A stretch of 63,042 bases of DNA, counting the filler, from Octopus bimaculoides (lineage: Eukaryota): the NCBI RefSeq assembly GCF_001194135.2. It is 6 parts of 6 records of this genome, joined end to end, with 100 filler letters (N's around TTAATTAATTAA, not from the genome) between each part and the next. Parts side by side here need not be neighbours in the genome. Positions count along the whole stretch, not along the records: positions 15,750 to 28,146 come from NC_068983.1; positions 28,247 to 43,863 come from NC_068985.1; 4 more parts are not named here. One strand, written 5' to 3'. The notes under the pieces are model-generated. The model ran no database searches. It was not told the origin of the DNA and saw only the letters and a list, made by a program, of their open reading frames with translations. This document shows positions 23,823 to 37,349 of the stretch, piece by piece (within the stretch, counting starts at the first letter, position 1; each line of letters opens with the position of its first letter). The translations under genes and the position numbers were made by a program.

Positions 23823-25112
23823 GTAAGTATAAATTGTCATTACAGAATGTTATCATTTGTCATTTCCAATATTACTTGATTGTATTATAATGTTTATCTC
23901 CTGAGAAAATACACAATTGCTTGTAATTTGTTTTCATTTGTGTCAGAATGATGGTATTATATGATTGAATCATATGGTTTAAGTGATATATTCTTACTTT
24001 CTATGTCAATATATACACAATTTTGTGGGGGTGAAATAATTCACTAAAAAATATACTAATTTATTTAGCTTTGTCTTTATTTTAGATCTTACATTAATAC
24101 CTTCCAAGTATTAAGTCACAGCAATGTGAACTGGGTGACGTTACAGCATTATATCTTAGAAACAATGTAGTGACGGGAGAGCAAATTTATGTCCGCTAAC
24201 CTTTCGTCTCCTTGTAATAATTTTCTACATACATCTATTAATAATCAGGTATTTATCTCAACGCCTCACAATATATTGCATTGTGTTAGGGAAAGATTTG
24301 AGTAAAACATTTATAATTAAAAAGACTTTGTAAATACACGTTTCTGAAGAATGAAAATCATCACTTGTTATACTCGTCTCTAAACAGTTTATCCACGCTT
24401 TAAACGTTTTGTAAGATAATCTTGGATCACACTAGACAATTTATCGTGAGTTTAGAAGAACCAGAATTAGAGTGGAGACTGCAATGCAAGCCAAGCTGCA
24501 TTAACTTGTATTTCGTGCACGCACGTTCAGATGTATGCATGAACTCAGTCTCATACAGCAATATGCCAATGCTATTTTGCATAGTTCCTAATTTGACCGA
24601 ATGCAAGGCACTTTTCGCAATGTTTTTGAAAACTACTTTCACAATTGTACTAGCAATAATCACTTCTCTGACAATTATGAATACGTTATCGAAATTTTCG
24701 AGCCGATTCGGATTCCCAATTGAAGTCCTTTCATTATATTTATGTTTATAAAGTATATAGAAAAAAAGGAATATTTGAACTCGTATATGTCTTGATCCCA
24801 TAGATGCTACTAAAATAAATAATATATAAATAAGAAATAAGAATTCCTGATGTTAAATACAGTTTCGCTTTCCAAACGAAGAACTCTTTTTATGACTTGA
24901 TTTTATACAAGTAAAAATAATCTCGCCATTTTGATGTCAGTTGTTAAGTTTTCTGAATGTTTCTGCATAAGCATCAATTTAAAAGTGTTATTTAAACGTC
25001 TTTGAATAAAAAGCAAACTATAACACAAATTACCTTTCCGTGATTAAGTTGATAAATTGTTTGAAACAGAGACACGTGAAAATGATTTAAATTAACAATA
25101 TTTTTTTCACAG

Positions 25113-25187
25113 AATTGATTTCTATATTCCTCCAGGCTTTCGACTGTTTAGTGTTTGTATTACAGATATTTATTACTAAAGCAATAA
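25113..25187 (+). CDS. Possible further phase 1-1 exon (hydrophobic segment) of the LDLa gene
   Basis: tttttttcacag acceptor and A|GTAAGC donor, 75 nt. Only the phase-1 frame is open: LISIFLQAFDCLVFVLQIFITKAI. No homology recognised and the composition is intron-like. Confidence 0.2.
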
Positions 25188-25492
25188 GTAAGCAAAGGGG
25201 CAAAACACAAACTGATGAAAACAGAAGGAGGGAAACAGAGAGAGTGTGAGAAAGAGAGATAATAGAGATAGATTGTTTGAATCTTGGAGTGCAAAAGCTG
25301 ATAACAGAGAAAGCGAGAGATATTTCCCAGTAACACAAAGGATAAAAATGAGCGATGAAAATAAAGAATAGCTGAAAGAACATTCAATAATAGAAAAACT
25401 AGGAAATTATTAAAATATCAAGTAATAGCAGGAAATACAAATTGAATTATGTATTACACTCTTCTTCATTCTTTCTCTCTCTCTCTCTCTCC

Positions 25493-25526
<34 letters not shown>

Positions 25527-27058
25527 NNNNNNNNNNNNNNNNNNNNNNNNNNNNNNNNNNNNNNNNNNNNNNNNNNNNNNNNNNNNNNNNNNNNNNNNNN
25601 NNNNNNNNNNNNNNNNNNNNNNNNNNNNNNNNNNNNNNNNNNNNNNNNNNNNNNNNNNNNNNNNNNNNNNNNNNNNNNNNNNNNNNNNNNNNNNNNNNNN
25701 NNNNNNNNNNNNNNNNNNNNNNNNNNNNNNNNNNNNNNNNNNNNNNNNNNNNNNNNNNNNNNNNNNNNNNNNNNNNNNNNNNNNNNNNNNNNNNNNNNNN
25801 NNNNNNNNNNNNNNNNNNNNNNNNNNNNNNNNNNNNNNNNNNNNNNNNNNNNNNNNNNNNNNNNNNNNNNNNNNNNNNNNNNNNNNNNNNNNNNNNNNNN
25901 NNNNNNNNNNNNNNNNNNNNNNNNNNNNNNNNNNNNNNNNNNNNNNNNNNNNNNNNNNNNNNNNNNNNNNNNNNNNNNNNNNNNNNNNNNNNNNNNNNNN
26001 NNNNNNNNNNNNNNNNNNNNNNNNNNNNNNNNNNNNNNNNNNNNNNNNNNNNNNNNNNNNNNNNNNNNNNNNNNNNNNNNNNNNNNNNNNNNNNNNNNNN
26101 NNNNNNNNNNNNNNNNNNNNNNNNNNNNNNNNNNNNNNNNNNNNNNNNNNNNNNNNNNNNNNNNNNNNNNNNNNNNNNNNNNNNNNNNNATATATATATA
26201 TATATATATATATACATACATACATACATATATATTAGGAATGGCATAAATTTAAATTAGGTGTGGATAAAACTTGACATGGTCAACAGAAAAAAAATGA
26301 AAAGAAAATGACATTACAAATTTTTCAATTGCTGCAGTGATTTATCTAATTAAAGAAAGTAGATTTATTTTAATTAAGGAATTGATTCAGATGTGAAATT
26401 CTCCAGAAGCTCGTTGTAAATTTCATTCATCGATGCACTACAAAAGTGTGAGTTCATCCTAATCGAGATCGAATGCATTGATTTGTTACGAAAATAGACA
26501 ATATCATTTTTTTGTTGAGGTAAACAACAAGAAAGAATCCGAATGCATACTAAAATCAAAGATCAGTAAGAAGTAGATTAACAATAAATCGTATAGTGAA
26601 ATAACAGTCAAGAGACGAAAGCCTTATGATCGCACATACGACCAAATCAACTTAAATATAAATTTTTTCTGTTCGTTCTGAAAAGAATGCCTTTATTAAT
26701 CGCCGAACCTTCAAACATAGTAGCAAATTCTCCCTCAAGTTACGTCCTACAGTCTTGAAAATGAAAAGATACATTAGATTGTATAACTAAGTAGTATATG
26801 TCATATAATAGAGAAGTTAAGGTACTCACATTTTAACGAACTTTACTATACAGATTTGGGCGATTATTGTTGGCGTGATAACACAAAAATAGCTTCATAT
26901 TTTATCAATTTGAAAGAAATGTTAGCTTATATCAAGAAGGAGTAATTTTAGATAAGAACAAAGAGACGATTAAAATTAAAGCAAGTAGTATTTTAACTAA
27001 TAGTATTGCTAAGTAATGGTACCTTACTGGTTGACAGAAGATAGCAGAATACAGCAGC

Positions 27059-27260
27059 CTATGAACGGTTGCTGAGAAGTTACTGACTTTAGGTAAAAGA
27101 AAATAAAGGAAGATCAGTTCATTATGATTTTATTCAACATGTTTCCCTCTCAAATTCACACACTTATTGCAGCGATCCTTCAGTTTTTTCTAAGCCATGT
27201 AAAAGAACTTGGAAGGTTGGGCTTCGAGCCAGGCCTCTCGCGACACCCTTAATAGTAGGA
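27059..27260. mobile_element. Short mariner-like terminal remnant
   Basis: ggttgctgagaagttactg TIR-like start and caaattcacacacttattgcagcg, resembling non-autonomous mariner ends. Recognition only. Confidence 0.4.
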
Positions 27261-27671
27261 ACTTTTCAACACTCCTTTATAGTTACTCCTTGATTTGACA
27301 GAAATAACAACATAATTTCCTTTAAATCATATTTTATTGTTCTCAAAAGTACATTGAAGCATACATTGGAAAACGTAGTATTATGTTGATATGACATACT
27401 TCAAAAAAGTCGGACTGATCATTGCTGGAATGCTTTTGATCAAAGGCATATTGGGGCTAAACAGCAACATAACAGGAAACAGATGTCGTTATGAATGCAC
27501 AAGTACTTGTCATATTATTTTATGTTTTTCTTTTACTTGTTTCTATCATTAGACTGCGGCTATGCTGAGACACCGCCATGAAGAACATTAGTCGAACAAA
27601 TTAACTCCAGTACTTTCTTTTTTAAAGCTTGGTTCTTATTCTATCGGTTTCTTTACCGAACAGCTAACTAC

Positions 27672-27985
27672 TGGCTTTCCGTCGGTTACGACGACAAGGA
27701 TTCCGGTTGATCCGATCAGCGGAACAGCCTACTCGTGAAATTAACGCACAAGTGGCTGAGCACTCCACAGACACGTGTACCCTTTACGTAGTTCTCAGCG
27801 TCATTCAGCGTGACACAGAGTGCGACAAGGTTGGCCCTTTGAAATACAGGTGCTACTCATTTTTGGCAGCTGAGTGGACTCGAGCAACGTGAAATAAAAT
27901 GTTTTGCTCAATGACACAATGCATCGCTGAGTATTGAACACACGACCATACGATTGTGAACCGAATGGTCTAACCACTTCGCCAC
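27672..27985 (-). mobile_element. SINE family C
   Basis: Reverse complement of the 42450-42610 body (cgtcggttacgacgac, gttgatccgatc, cgtgaaattaacg, cgtagttctc). Confidence 0.8.
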
Positions 27986-28110
27986 ACGCCTTCACACTAC
28001 TATGTTACGTGGACGTAAACACACCAACACTGATTGTCAAGCTTTGGTGGGGGACAGACGCAGGCAAAAAAAATGCACACACACAAACACGTTCACACGC
28101 TATCACACAC

Positions 28111-28146
<36 letters not shown>

Positions 28147-28360
28147 NNNNNNNNNNNNNNNNNNNNNNNNNNNNNNNNNNNNNNNNNNNNTTAATTAATT
28201 AANNNNNNNNNNNNNNNNNNNNNNNNNNNNNNNNNNNNNNNNNNNNCAAAAAGATTTTATTACATTTTTCTAACGTTTTTCTAACATTTTTCTGACATAA
28301 TTTAAATATATACTTTAACCATGTAACACAAGCCTTCTGTAGTTTTTTCACTCTTATTAT

Positions 28361-28398
<38 letters not shown>

Positions 28399-28699
28399 CA
28401 CACACACACACATACACACACGTATATACACACACAAGTAGAAAGATAGATAAACAGATAGATATAGCGAATAATACCTAGCAACCTGCGAGCAAAACTA
28501 AAAACAAACACAAATAATGATAAAACAATAATCCTGATTTATAATGAAATAGCGTAACTACGGACACGTAAAACTTGATTCTACGTAGATTAAACAAGAT
28601 ATTATAATGATAAGAAAAAAAGTATTGATGAAAAGCGGTGGAGAGAAATGTAGGGAAGTAGGAGTGAAAGGAAGAGGAGAGACAGAGAATGATTGTAAG

Positions 28700-29178
28700 A
28701 GTGGCAACAGTTGCCGCCGCCACTGCAGTAGCAGCAGCAGCAGTGTCAGTGGCAGTAGTGGTAGTAGTGGTAGTAGTAGTAGTAGTAGTAGTGGTTGTGG
28801 TAGTAGTAATAGTAGTAGTAGTAGTAGTAGATAATTTGAAACGCTAAGAATGAAGTTGTAATCATACAGACGGGAAGGGGAGGAGGAAAGGAAGGAAGAA
28901 TGAGGAAGTAAACGTGGAGGAGGAGAGGGAGTAGAGGTGGTGGAGGAGGAGGAGGAGGATGTATAAAGGAAGGGGAGGATGTAGAAAGAGAGGGAGACAG
29001 ATATAGTATACTTTAAGAGACTATTGTTTCTGCCCCCAAAGGTTTTGATATTGAACGGGGTCATTTTTGTTGCTAGGTGACACCACTAACATCACCACCA
29101 CCACCAATACTACTATCGTCATCATCATCATCATCATCATCCCCACCATTCACAACTGTCACACAACAACAGCAACAA

Positions 29179-29209
<31 letters not shown>

Positions 29210-29220
29210 GATGTAAACAA
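28700..29220. repeat. Compound trinucleotide low-complexity region
   Basis: Runs of (AGC)n, (AGT)n, (GGA)n, (CAT)n, (CAA)n and (CAG)n. Confidence 0.9.
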
Positions 29221-29822
29221 CAAATTAAAGGACAGTGATTAATACTAATTTCTAACTTTGCTAAATGGCCAGGCGAGAGGTGGGGAGGTAAGAGAATCGA
29301 TCTCAACTACTTGATTGCAACTTAATGTTATCGAACCCTTGAAAGTATGAAAGGTACAATTTACGCTACAGGATTTTGAAATTGTGAAGTGAAGGCGCAG
29401 CATGTGGTAAGAAGCTTCCTTCTTGATCGCATGGCACCGAGTTCAGTCCTACTGGATGACGCCTTGGGCTAGTGTCTTCTACAATCGCCCCCCCCCCTGA
29501 AAGACGCCTGTCGTATTATACTTTTTCTCGCTGTATTGCATATTCATTATTTTTTTTTTTTTTGCATCTGTTATTTTATTTTTGATCTTCAATGTAAATG
29601 GAGCTGTATCCTTTAATTTGCAGCTTTTCTTTACACGAGATGGGGAAATACATTGCGGAACTGTTTTTTTTTAATGAATTATATCAATTCATCATCTGAA
29701 GAGAGACACATCTGCACCGCCGGGTGCTTCTGAACCAGATTTTGTGTGTCCTATTCGTGAGAGAACGATGCTAAATGTGTCGAAACAATTGTCGTGTCTT
29801 CCATCTTCCGTCTTTCATTTAC

Positions 29823-29880
<58 letters not shown>

Positions 29881-29903
29881 TGTGGGTGGGTGTGTTTGTG
29901 TGT

Positions 29904-29934
<31 letters not shown>

Positions 29935-29964
29935 AGAGATAGAGAGAGAGTGTGGGTGGGTGTG

Positions 29965-30011
<47 letters not shown>

Positions 30012-30368
30012 CTATGTGTATCTGTGTCTGCACCGCTTGAAAACCAGTGTTTACGTCTCTTTAACTTAGTGGTTCGGCTTAAGAAACCGAGAGAATAAGT
30101 ACCAGACTTTAAAAAAAATAATTACTAAGCTCGATTCATTCGTCTAAAAATTCAAGGCGGTACCCCAGCATGGCCGTAGTCTGAAACAAGTAAAGGAATA
30201 GAAAATGGTAGCATTAATTTATTTTCCAGCGTTCTAACTGTTGTACCACCCAACATCCGCTTAACGGCAACGGTGACTAAATTGGTATAAGTATATACAA
30301 TTTTTAAGTTGGGTCAGTTGAGTCAGTCCCTCGTTTTCTAGAGTGAGAGAGGGGAGAAGACACAGAGT

Positions 30369-30404
<36 letters not shown>

Positions 30405-31091
30405 GAAAGAGAGAGAGAGAGAGAGAGTGAGAAAGAGAGAGAGAGAGAGAGTGAGAGAGAGATGGTAAGTGTGTGTATTCAGGAAGAATGAAATGTATGT
30501 GTTTGTGCAATGTGAGTTGTTAGTAATATGGTGTGTTCTATACAGATAATAATTCTCTGACGTCAGTGTACTTCTGTTGGTGAGCTTCGTGACCATTCGT
30601 CGAAGCTCTACACGTGTCCGGGGATGCTCGGCCCATTGTGCTGAAACAAATCGATGTGTCTGCTTATTAGCGAGGTCCTCAACACAAAACCATGAGACCA
30701 CCCGCTTTGAATCGTTCAGTGAACTGATGAAAGAAAATGGCACTCAATAAAGCGTAACGACAGGTTCAAAGAGCGAAACCGATCACAGAACTTGATTGGT
30801 CCATTAATTTATCGATCCCAGAAAAATAAAAGATAAAATTGACCGCTATTTCGGAAGGGTCAAAGACAGAAGTTGACGTCAGTGGGATTTGCACTCAAGA
30901 AATAATGAACCAGAACATATAACTCAAAAATATTCTGATGCTGTAATTCTCGCCACTTATTCTGTACTTCACTGGTACTTTAATTTATAGACCCCGGAAG
31001 AATGAAAAGAAAACAAAGTTGACGACGGCAGATTTAAACGCAGAATGTACAGTGCCAGAACAAATTCAGTAATCAGTCATATGCTACTATA

Positions 31092-31503
31092 GGCGCAGGA
31101 GTGTCTGTGTGGTAAGTAACTTGCTTACCAACCACATGGTTCTGGGTTCAGTACCACTGCGTGGCACCTTGGGTAAGTGTCTTCTACTATAGCCTCGGGC
31201 CCACCAAAGCCTTGTGAGTGGATTTGGTAGACGGAAACTAAAAGAAGCCCGTCGTATATATGTATATGTATATATATATATATGTGTGTGTTTGTGTGTC
31301 TGTGTTTGTCCCCACCAACATCGCTTGACAACCGATGCTGGTGTGTTTACGTCCCCGTAACTTAGCGGTTCGGCAAAAGAGATCGATAGATTAAGTACTA
31401 CGCTTACAAGGAATAAGTCCTGGGGTCGATTTCCATGATTAAAGGCGGTGCTCCAGCATGGCCGTAGTCAAATGACTGAGACAAGTAAAAGAGTAAAAGA
31501 GTA
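31092..31503 (+). mobile_element. Near full-length tRNA-derived SINE, family B
   Basis: Head ggcgcaggagtg...gggttcagtaccactgcgtggcaccttggg, central (TA/TG)n and a (gagtaaaa)n tail. Fragments occur near 27540, 29390, 30025, 32960, 43840, 46335, 54355, 54655, 56320 and 61720. Confidence 0.88.
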
Positions 31504-33156
31504 CTCCTTTGATCTAGGATGCGTTTAAGTGTTTTTTTGTGGGGGGTGGTTTGTGGTTCTTCGGCAGCTAAAATTGGTGTTTGTAAGGTGAAATTCTCCA
31601 TGAAGTGAAAGAAGATGTAGACCATTTATCAGTTCATTCAGCCCATTCTATGGGGACCGAGAATATTATGCGACGTTTTGAACCGAAATCTTCCATCAAA
31701 ACAAATTTGTCCGCATGATGAATTCGCAAGATGACCACTAAATTGTTTATAACATTTATCTCTCTCAAGCTCACGAACACAAATGCTTGAAGCGTAACAG
31801 CTGACTTGTGTCGCAGGACAATCGTTTTCAAAGTCAGGAGAAAGCGTTATAATTCAGTTTCTGACTCCAGAAGGTAAGAAATATAAGTACTTCTCAGGTT
31901 GAGATTTTGATAGATAGCTAACACCTCATAGACGGGCTACGTTATCACTTCTACCAATTCAGAAGGAACAGTATCCTCCATCATAAGTACATGAACAAAA
32001 TTTGCTTTGGGGCACAGAACCAGGTCCAACCCAAAATGTTCGAAGCGTTTTCATTGTCCCTCGCCCCGAACCACGCCCCCTGCCAAAGAAATTAAGTGGG
32101 GTACAGATGCGACCCCTGTACTCGTTGTTCCCAAACCTATGCACCTACTTCATCGAACAGAGAAGTCCCGGTAAGACGAGTTGCACTGAAAACGGAAATA
32201 TGTATTATGTCAAATATATTCAGAGAATGAGATATTGCTGTTTTCCATTCTGGCGTGAAATCGTCTTCTTGGAATGTATGGTCAATATAAGAACGAAGGT
32301 TTTATATCTTGTTACATTTTTTGCTATATTTTTGACTGCACTACAACCAGACAGCTGCAGTGGGCTGCCAGTTAAATATAAGGACAAAGAATGCTTAAGT
32401 CTTCTTTTATTGCTTCCCTCCCTTTGCACAGGGAAAAACAGCGCTATATCCACATTCATCTGCTTTCGCGCTATTGGCCGATACAAAGAGCAAAGTTGTT
32501 CATGGTTTTCTGTATGAAAGACAACCACCCAATAGCCATCACTGTATAGAGTTTCAGTGAGAGACTGTTTATAACATTCCTTTCCCTGTACAAGTCATCT
32601 TAACTCACTTGCTAGCGGAGATATTTACATCCATTTGGTGGAGTTGTGAATAGCGGTAAAAGTTTAAGCAATATCATAGCAGTTAGACTTATCTATTAAA
32701 TAACAGTTGAGCACAGGAATCGATGTAATCGACTTAACCATTTCTGGATATGAGTGTAAAAACTGCACCTCTCTCCCAAGCAATCTCGATATAGTGTGAA
32801 AGAGACATGATCAGTGATGTTAGCTCAAATACAGCGATCCCCACACTTTTTTGTACCCCAGCCGGTTTCATGCAAGACAATCCTTCCACAGACCGCGCGA
32901 TCAGGCGCAGAACAAATCGCATTAAAAAGCATTAGCTGAAATTTAATTATTACCTTTAATCTTTTACTTGTATTCTTCATTAGATTGCGGCCATGCTGGG
33001 GCACCGCTTTGAAATTTTTTTAGTGGAATGAACAGACCCCAGTACTTTTTGAAAGTTTTGTAAAGCCTGGTACTTATTAAGCTACACGGACGCAAACACA
33101 CCAAGATCGGTTGTCAAGAGGTTGTGTCACACACACGCACACACACGCACACACGT

Positions 33157-33195
<39 letters not shown>

Positions 33196-33198
33196 AAC

Positions 33199-33246
<48 letters not shown>

Positions 33247-33539
33247 GTGGAGGTGCAATGGCCCAGTGGTTAGGGCAGCGGAATCCATTTCCAAGTAAAT
33301 TTATCTTAATAATTTTAATGTAACTCTGTCCTGTACTATTTTCTCTCTCGCTCTCTCTCTCCTTTCGTTTTCTCTCTCCTCCTTTCATTAATTCTTTTTT
33401 TCCCTTCACCGTTTCTCTCTGTCCCTCTCTCTGTTCCTCTTCCTCCTTTACTCTCTCGTTGCTCACAAGTGACCATCGTCCGTCTTTCTTTACCCACGTG
33501 ATATCTTTCTTTTCTTTCTGCCTGTGTCACAAACCAGAC

Positions 33540-33956
33540 ACACTCTTGTCTGTCTCTTCTATCTTTTGTCTTGTCAAAGATTGCTCCTCCAGCGTTCGCC
33601 ACCTTACCTCGTATGGCATTGCGGCCCTCACTGTTTGTTTTCACTGTCGTACTTTTGTTACCAACTTTGACACACAGCAAATCCAAAATTTTATTTTGGT
33701 TGCGAGAGAAACTTTTTTCTCGAAGGCACATATTGTCGTGAATTGCTCGAAATGTGGAGTGGGCAAACAACCGACAACTGATGAAGGGTCGTTTTTTTAT
33801 GTTACTTGTCTTGTTTTCCATTTGTTTCTCTCGTCTCTTGTTGTTCGCAAGAAAATGTTCGTCTTCGTATTTCACGCTGTTTTCGTATTTCGTATTTCAT
33901 TTGTTTTCTATTTCATGTTGTTTACCTTTTGTGACGTCCTGTACCCATATATGCAT
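33540..33956 (+). mobile_element. Possible Penelope-like 3' end / pLTR remnant
   Basis: ctgatgaag at about 33778 and the terminus acgtcctgtaccc(a/ag)atatgcat are shared with 54450-54550. SVRHLTSYGI only loosely resembles a GIY-YIG C-terminus. Confidence 0.35.
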
Positions 33957-34238
33957 NNNNNNNNNNNNNNNNNNNNNNNNNNNNNNNNNNNNNNNNNNNN
34001 NNNNNNNNNNNNNNNNNNNNNNNNNNNNNNNNNNNNNNNNNNNNNNNNNNNNNNNNNNNNNNNNNNNNNNNNNNNNNNNNNNNNNNNNNNNNNNNNNNNN
34101 NNNNNNNNNNNNNNNNNNNNNNNNNNNNNNNNNNNNNNNNNNNNNNNNNNNNNNNNNNNNNNNNNNNNNNNNNNNNNNNNNNNNNNNNNNNNNNNNNNNN
34201 NNNNNNNNNATATGTATGTATATATGCATATATTAATA

Positions 34239-34276
<38 letters not shown>

Positions 34277-34730
34277 ATAAGCATATTGAAAGGGGCTCTT
34301 TGGAAAAGTCATTTAAATATAAGGGTTGGGAACCCCTTCTGGGAACCACTGTGAAAAAGTTAGGAAGCACTGGTATAGATTATACATTACATTTCTTCCA
34401 TCAGTTATATTTTGCATTACAAGCTTTGCTCTTAATGGATTCCACTTATATGTGTCCGTGCGCGCGCCTGTATCATTGTGTGAGTGTGTATGTGTGTTGT
34501 GTGTTCACAGTAACATCGTATGTTATAGAGAAAAATATTGATGTGATGGCAATGCACTTTAAATGGTGTATCACGTCACCTGTCGTCGGAGCTTACGTTA
34601 GATTATGTATTATTGAATAATTAGTCGGGGGGAAAAATGAGTAGCTTTGAGAATACGCTTTTCCCTATATACGCGTATGCGAGTGCTTGTGCGTTACGAG
34701 CATGTGTACATAACAGGGTGCACAAGCTTG

Positions 34731-34765
<35 letters not shown>

Positions 34766-35396
34766 GTATGTGTGTGTGTGTGTTTCTAAGCGTTTATTGT
34801 CCTCGATGTAGTCTTGGATACAGACAAGAGAAGATTAAGTTCTATATACCATACGAGTAACACTCACTCTTTGAAAGCTGTGTGCTATTCTGTTTATATT
34901 TTCAATGAAAACACTGACTGACTAGCATAGCCACTTAGCATTAAAATATATCTTACATATATGAATATATGCCAATATATATGCATATATATATAAGNNN
35001 NNNNNNNNNNNNNNNNNNNNNNNNNNNNNNNNNNNNNNNNNNNNNNNNNNNNNNNNNNNNNNNNNNNNNNNNNNNNNNNNNNNNNNNNNNNNNNNNNNNN
35101 NNNNNNNNNNNNNNNNNNNNNNNNNNNNNNNNNNNNNNNNNNNNNNNNNNNNNNNNNNNNNNNNNNNNNNNNNNNNNNNNNNNNNNNNNNNNNNNNNNNN
35201 NNNNNNNNNNNNNNNNNNNNNNNNNNNNNNNNNNNNNNNNNNNNNNNNNNNNNNNNNNNNNNNNNNNNNNNNNNNNNNNNNNNNNNNNNNNNNNNNNNNN
35301 NNNNNNNNNNNNNNNNNNNNNNNNNNNNNNNNNNNNNNNNNNNNNNNNNNNNNNNNNNNNNNNNNNNNNNNNNNNNNNNNNNNNNNNNNNNNNNNN

Positions 35397-35430
<34 letters not shown>

Positions 35431-35487
35431 TGTATAAATATATACAGGCATATCTACATACCTACATATACATGTACATATACATAT

Positions 35488-35857
35488 GGAGGCAGAATGG
35501 CCCAGCGGTTAGGGCAGCGGACTCGCGGTCCTAGGATCGCGGTTTCGATTCTCAGACCGAGTGTTGTGGATGTTTATTGAGTGTAAACACCCAAAAGTCC
35601 ACGAGGCTTCGCCAAGGAGTGGTGGCGAACCTTGCTGTATTCTTTCAACACAACTTTCTGCTTCTGTTGTATCTCTATTTCAAAATGGCCAGCCTTGTGA
35701 CACTCTGTGTCACGCTGAATCTCCCCAAGAACTACGTTAAGGGTGCACGTGTGTGTGTGGAGTACTCAACCACTTGCACGTTAATTTCACGAGCAGGCTG
35801 TTCCGTTGATCGGATCAACTGGAACACTAGTCGTTGCAACCGACGGAGCGCCAGCAA
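35488..35857 (+). mobile_element. SINE family C
   Basis: A box tggcccagcgg and B box ggtttcgattc. The body matches 42235-42621. Confidence 0.88.
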
Positions 35858-36992
35858 TATACATATATGCTATATATATATATATATATATATATGCGTA
35901 CATACACGTATGCATATACGTATGTATGCATGTATGTATGTATGTATGTATGGAAAGACAGATAAAAAGGAGAGGTGGGGGAGAAACAACAGCTTTTTTT
36001 GTGGATCGAAAATCGTTTTTCATTTTTTTTTCTCTCTCTCTTTCTATTCATAGCAACCAAACCTAAGGTGATACCTTAATGCGTCAATAAGCAGTAGCAT
36101 TAATAATGAAAGAAAGGAAAAATGAAACATTATAAATATTTCAGCTGTGACAATCAATTGAGTATAATCAGACGATTTATGTTCTCCAATTTGTGTTGAT
36201 ATTATTGTGTTGGAGAAGAAATATAAAAAAATGTCCTTCTAGAAATTAAAAGCAATTGTAATTATTATGACACGTATTTCTATTTTGGAATTAGAATCTC
36301 ATTTTTATTTTGTAATTAAAATGAATATTTGTCGCAACTAAGATATTATGGTTAAAAAATAAACTATAAATAAATACAACGAGCACAAAGGTGTGTAGAG
36401 TCCACCATCTTTATTCATGTTAGTGGCTATTGTTTATTAGGATTCTACTGTGCACGCGTTTATTTCGATTCTTCGGTGAGATAGATCAATCATATATGAA
36501 CTGTAAAACGGCAAATAACAATATATATATATATATATATANNNNNNNNNNNNNNNNNNNNNNNNNNNNNNNNNNNNNNNNNNNNNNNNNNNNNNNNNNN
36601 NNNNNNNNNNNNNNNNNNNNNNNNNNNNNNNNNNNNNNNNNNNNNNNNNNNNNNNNNNNNNNNNNNNNNNNNNNNNNNNNNNNNNNNNNNNNNNNNNNNN
36701 NNNNNNNNNNNNNNNNNNNNNNNNNNNNNNNNNNNNNNNNNATATATATATATATATATATATAATAAAACAAATGCGTAAATAAATAAATTGAAACCCC
36801 TGTATCAACAATACTTGAGTCCTCCTTCGGAAGAAAATGCCTGATATAAGTTTTTTTTTCCCTAAATAGCACGGAGAAAAGAATAGAACTTTCGGTGGTT
36901 CTGTGTTTCCAAAGAGCTTTTATCGACTAAATGAAGCGAAATAGCTTCAAAATGGAATTATATCTGAAGAAATATTTTTTTTTCTACTCTAG

Positions 36993-37349
36993 GCAACTGG
37001 TACTTAATTTATCGACCCCGAAAGGATGAAAGGCAAAGTCGACCTCGGCGGATTTTGAACTCAGAACGTAAAGACGGCCGAAATACCGCCAAGCATTTCG
37101 CCCGGGGTGCTAACGTTTCTTTATTGCCCACAAGGGGCTAAACATAGAGGGGACAAACAAGGACAGATGAAGGGAGTAAGTCGATTACATCAACCCCAGT
37201 GCGTAAATGGTACTTAATTTATCGACTCCGTAAGGATGAAAGATAAAGTCGACTTCAGCGGAATTTGAACTCAGAAGAACGTAAAGACAGACAAAATACC
37301 GCTAAGCATTTCGCCCGGCCTGCTACCGTTTCTACCAGCTCGCCGTCTT
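36993..37349 (-). mobile_element. Two tandem SINE family A copies
   Basis: ctggtacttaatttatcgaccccgaaaggatgaaaggcaaagtcgacctcggcgg occurs twice. Further minus-strand copies lie at about 38485-38690, 43270-43478 and 50057-50279. Confidence 0.88.

Noticed and set aside
24422-24801. Overlapping 109 aa (+) and 124 aa (-) ORFs
   Set aside because: No recognisable domain, no convincing splice boundaries, and no phase link to the LDLa exons.
33613-33741. Signal-peptide-like MALRPSLFVFTVVLLLPTLTHS
   Set aside because: It stops after about 42 codons, has no good donor, and lies within a probable Penelope-like remnant.
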